Position numbers and translations under genes: made by a program
Part shown: positions 49,184-64,000 of the stretch, in pieces
Layout: each line of letters starts with the position of its first letter
Position numbering within the stretch: the stretch's first letter is position 1
From: the human T2T-CHM13v2.0 reference genome, Homo sapiens
Assembly: GCF_009914755.1 (NCBI RefSeq)
Contig: NC_060941.1
DNA: 64,000 nucleotides
Direction: 5' to 3' (one strand)
The notes under the pieces: model-generated
The model's input: the letters and a program-made list of their open reading frames with translations, nothing else
Told to the model about the DNA's origin: nothing
Databases searched by the model: none

Positions 49184-51967
49184 AACTCAATAGAATTGCT
49201 ACTACCTTTTTCCGAAGGCCCTGCAAGCTGAAGCTTATTCCTTGTGATACACGTGATAAGAGCACGTCAGATTGTCACTGCCTTCCTCCTCTGTAACTAA
49301 GATACTTTGAGTCTAACATCTGGATGGATTATGCCCACTATTAACATTTGTTTTTCTCCTGTTTATTCCATTTTTGGGAAGTGCCTTTTATTAAAAGTCT
49401 GTTTGCTTTATACTTCAGGCAACAGGAGACTGGCTCTCTGGACTATTCACCTAAATTAACGGCATCTGATCTCTTATAAGAATTATCGAACTCTTTGGGA
49501 GGCCGAGGCGGGCGGATCACGAGGTCAGGAGATCGAGACGATCCTGGCTAACATGGTGAAACCCCGTCTCTACTAAAAATACAAAAAATTAGCCGGGTGT
49601 GGTGGTGGGCGCCTGTAGTCCCAGCTACTCAGGAGGCTGAGGCAGGAGAATGGCGTGAAACTGGGAGGCAGAGCTTGCAGTAAGCCAAGATCGCACTGCT
49701 GCACTCCAGCCTGAGCGACAGAGCGAGACTCTGTCTCAAAAAAAAAAAAAAAAAAAAGATCAAACTGAGCTTAAGCATGTTATTATCACTGGGTATTATT
49801 TAATTTTTTAAAATAATTATTTGTTATATTCAATAGGAGTATGGATGGTTAAAATTTATGTCTTCCAGGTTTCAACAGTGCCTAGTCTCTATAGGTCTTT
49901 AGAGCAGTCAGGAAGAGATCTCCATGCCCTGCAAGGTTAGGCGGGAAGTAGCTTCAGCAGGAAGTAGCTTCAGAAGATGAGATCTTTGGACCTTTCTCCT
50001 TAAGAATAAGGAGAGTGAAATCTCTCAGTGGCTAATGAGACAGAGTAGTAATGGGGCTGAGCTTCAGCTCACCCCCACTAGAGCATTATTTCATGCATCC
50101 TCACTGATCACAAAACCTATACCACTACTTCCCTGATGCCATAATGTTTGAGCCATGCCTTTCACTTTAAGAATTCCAGGAGCTGGCCTTAGGCAGTTTG
50201 GTTCCAAGAACAGAATGTGTCTTACTCAGCTTTACATCTCTAGCACCTGGACCAGTGCCTGCCACATAGCACTGGGTAAATATTTGTCGAACTGAACTAA
50301 ATTGGGAGTATCACACAGAGAACCTGGAGCTTGACTAAGAAATTGAGAAATGCATTTCCGGTTAATGGTTTCCATCAAGTTTCCTTTGGGACTTAAGTGA
50401 TATGAGATATCCCTTTCACCATGCAATCCACCCCAGACATTGATGAGCTTGTCTTAATAAATAATGGTTCACCTGTCTCTTGCATCACTCTGAGACATTA
50501 GATGAACTCTTGCCAGATGCAGCATATTCCTTGTATCATCTAAAGAGTTATGTCCATTAGACATTAGCGTTGGCCAACTTGAAAATCTTGGGTTACAGTT
50601 TTTTTTCCATTATCTTTTTTTTTTTAAACGGAATCTTTCTCTGTCACCCAGGCTGGAGTGCAGTGGTGCAATCTTGGCTCACTGCAACCTCTGCCTCCCG
50701 GGTTCAAGGATTCTCCTGCCTCAGCCTCTCAAGTAGTGGGGATTACAGGTTTATGCCAACATGGTTGGCTAATTTTTGTATTTTTAGTAGAGACAGGATT
50801 TCACCATGTTTGGCCAGGCTGGTCTCGAACTCCTGACCTCAAGTGATCCAACCACCTCACCTCCCACAGTGCTGTGATTACAGGCATGAGGCACTGTGTC
50901 TGGCCTCTTTAGAGTCTTGATAAATAGTTTTACTAAAGCAGGAAAAATAACTTCTTTTAGTCATGTTGTTTTAATAGCACCTAGTCTGTCCTGCTGTAAC
51001 AGAATACCTGAGACTTTATATTTACAATATTTATTTATAATCAACAGAGATTTATTGGCTCATGGTTCTAGAGGCTGAGAAGTCCAAGACTAAGTGATCA
51101 GCATCCAGTGAGGGCTTTCTTGCTGTGTCAGCCTGTGACAGAAGAAGAGACATTGAGAGAGAGAAAGAATGCAATAAAGTGACTGAACTCATCCTGTTAT
51201 GTGGAGCCCCCTCCTGCATTAATCCATTCGTGAGGGCAGATTCCTTATGGCCTAATCGCCTCTGATTAGGCCCCACCTCCCAACACTGTTGCATTGGGAG
51301 ATTACATTTCTAACACATGCTTTTTGGGGCTACATTCAAACCATAGCACAATGCAAATCCTGAAGCTATTGACAAAGCAAGCGGGGAAAGTCAGCAATGC
51401 CCTTATTAGAATGTATTCTGGATCACCTTGTGTGATACTGTGATTTATAATGAGAAATATATACTTGAACTTCAACCCCATTTCTGATACAGAGCTCCTA
51501 CAACCCTGAGAATTTTCTAAGTGGTAAAAGTGAAAAAAGCATCTTGATTTTCCTAACAAGCCCCTTTCAACCACACTAAAGTATATGTTAATTAGGTGAC
51601 TTTTGGAAACCCCCTCTGGGTGGGGGACTGGTTGCCAAGAAGCCAACCAAGTGATTAGAGGATTACAACTTTCAGCCCCACACCCCACCCCCATCTCTAG
51701 GGGAGGGGAGATGAAGCTGGAGATTAGGTTCATTTCAATGGCCAACGATTTAATCAGTCATGTCTACATAATGAAGCCTCCACAAAAACCCAAAAGGACC
51801 AGATCCAGATGGGTGAGGATGTGGAGGTGCCGAGAGAGTAGCATGCCTGGAGAGGGCATGGAAGCTCCACACCCCTTCCCATACACCTTGCCCCATACAT
51901 CTCTTTCATTTGGGTGTTTCTGAGTTGTATCCTTTTATAACAATCTGGTAATCTAGTAAATGAAGTG

Positions 51968-57620
<5,653 letters not shown>

Positions 57621-58159
57621 AACATTACCTGAGTTCTGTGAGCTGTTTTAGCAAATGATTAAACTCAAGAAAGGGATCATGGGACCCTCTGACTCATAGC
57701 CTGTCAGAAGCACCAGGTGACAAGCTGGACTTTTGATTGGCAACCGACTGTGGGGTAGGTACTAACTTCAGATAGATCATGTCAGAACTGAATTGAATTG
57801 TAGGATACCCAGCTGGTATCTCCAGAGAATTGGAGAATTGCTTGGTATAGGAACCCCTGCTACACACACACAGCTGGTGTCACAAGTGAAGTACTGAGTT
57901 TTTCCTTTCGTTGTGAAGAAGAAAACCCTTTTTTTTCTAAATGCCTTGTGTTTGGTGTCATTGAAGCTACATAGTGTCTTAGTTCTTTCCGGCTGCTATA
58001 ACAAAATTACCTTAGACTAGGGCATTTATAAATGACAGAAATTTATTCCTCATAGTTCTGGAGTCTGGAAAGTGCAAAATCAAGATGCCAGCAGGTTTGG
58101 TGTCTGGTGAGGGCCCTTTCATGAGGGTTCCGCTCCCATTAACCACTCCTAAAGGCCCT

Positions 58160-60676
<2,517 letters not shown>

Positions 60677-60999
60677 TCATTTCAGTTTTTCTGATTATAA
60701 ATAACTGTGATGAACATTATTTTGCTTAAAGCTTTTTCTGGTTTTAGAGTTATTTAATTACTATGGACTCCCAAAAGCAAAATTCTGGTAAAATGTTGTA
60801 TAAATATTATAAAGAGTGGGGGTATTTCTGATACTGATTTTATACCACCTTATATTGTTATTTAGTAATCTCAAGAGGTGTTTCAAATTCTCAAGGCAAA
60901 ATTGATAGAAATTGGTAAATTTTAAGACCATAGGCCCTAGGGTGTATAGCATAGAGGCAGAATTTTTAACTGCGCACACAGCGATCCAGAAAAAAAAAA

Positions 61000-61350
61000 A
61001 AAATACTACATTTCCCAGCAGTTAAGTGTGGCCACGTGACTACGTTCTGGCCACCGGGATATAAACAGAAGTGTTCTGGCAGCAGCTGGAAACCGTCCCC
61101 TTTGGTGTACCTTTTGTTCCCTTTCACCCTCTTTTATTTTGCTGGCTGGAATGTGAATGCAACCATTTGGGATCATGGTAGGAAGATATGCTAGAATGAG
61201 CCGAGGTCCCCGAGGATTTTGAGGACTGGAGCCACCATTCCACCTTTGTACTCCTTTTCTCTCTTTACATGGAAATAAATTTTTGTCTTAAGCTACTGTT
61301 GGTTTGGGTTTTCTACCACTTACAGCCATGCCTAATTCTGACTAAATACA
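61000..61350 (+). mobile_element. LTR33-like ERV-L LTR fragment
   Basis: ACTACATTTCCCAGC...GTGTGGCCACGTGACTA.GTTCTGGCCA...CAGAAGTG; ends CCTAATTCTGACTAAATACA. Confidence 0.5.
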
Positions 61351-61442
61351 ATGTGGTTTTAAAACTGGGACAGGCATTGTTATACTCTTCTTCATAAGCC
61401 CAGAGTAGCTGAGAAATGTTGCCATGGGAAAAAAACATTACA

Positions 61443-64000
<2,558 letters not shown>

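Overview
This window is primate (almost certainly human) genomic DNA. It holds one complete protein-coding gene on the + strand: SCPEP1 (serine carboxypeptidase 1/RISC, peptidase family S10, lysosomal; human chr17q22 from prior knowledge). I reconstructed all 13 coding exons by hand (ATG 9801, TAG 37875-37877). They total 1359 nt = 452 aa, all introns are GT-AG, and the catalytic triad is S167/D371/H431. The promoter is GC-rich and has a CLEAR-like E-box; two AATAAA signals follow the stop. The flanks (1-8.6 kb, 39-64 kb) are almost all transposon relics: dozens of Alus, ERV1/MER4-group proviral remnants, a MER41B provirus nested in MST inside MER21, an HERV-H LTR7 solo LTR and an ERV-L pol/dUTPase relic. 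I found no prokaryotic-type system (CRISPR, operon), and nearly all ORFs in the supplied track are Alu or random noise. The least ordinary signal is four local copy events inside SCPEP1 introns. (1) An inverted ~160-bp templated insertion splits a palindromic MADE1 and creates an inverted repeat around the in-frame, weak-donor exon 10. (2) A 150-bp segment of a nested-Alu junction was copied into another Alu. (3) There is a near-perfect 106-bp tandem duplication. (4) An old, gap-free 104-bp dispersed duplicate keeps an invariant stem. Repeat family names come from recalled consensus sequences and need RepeatMasker/Dfam confirmation.
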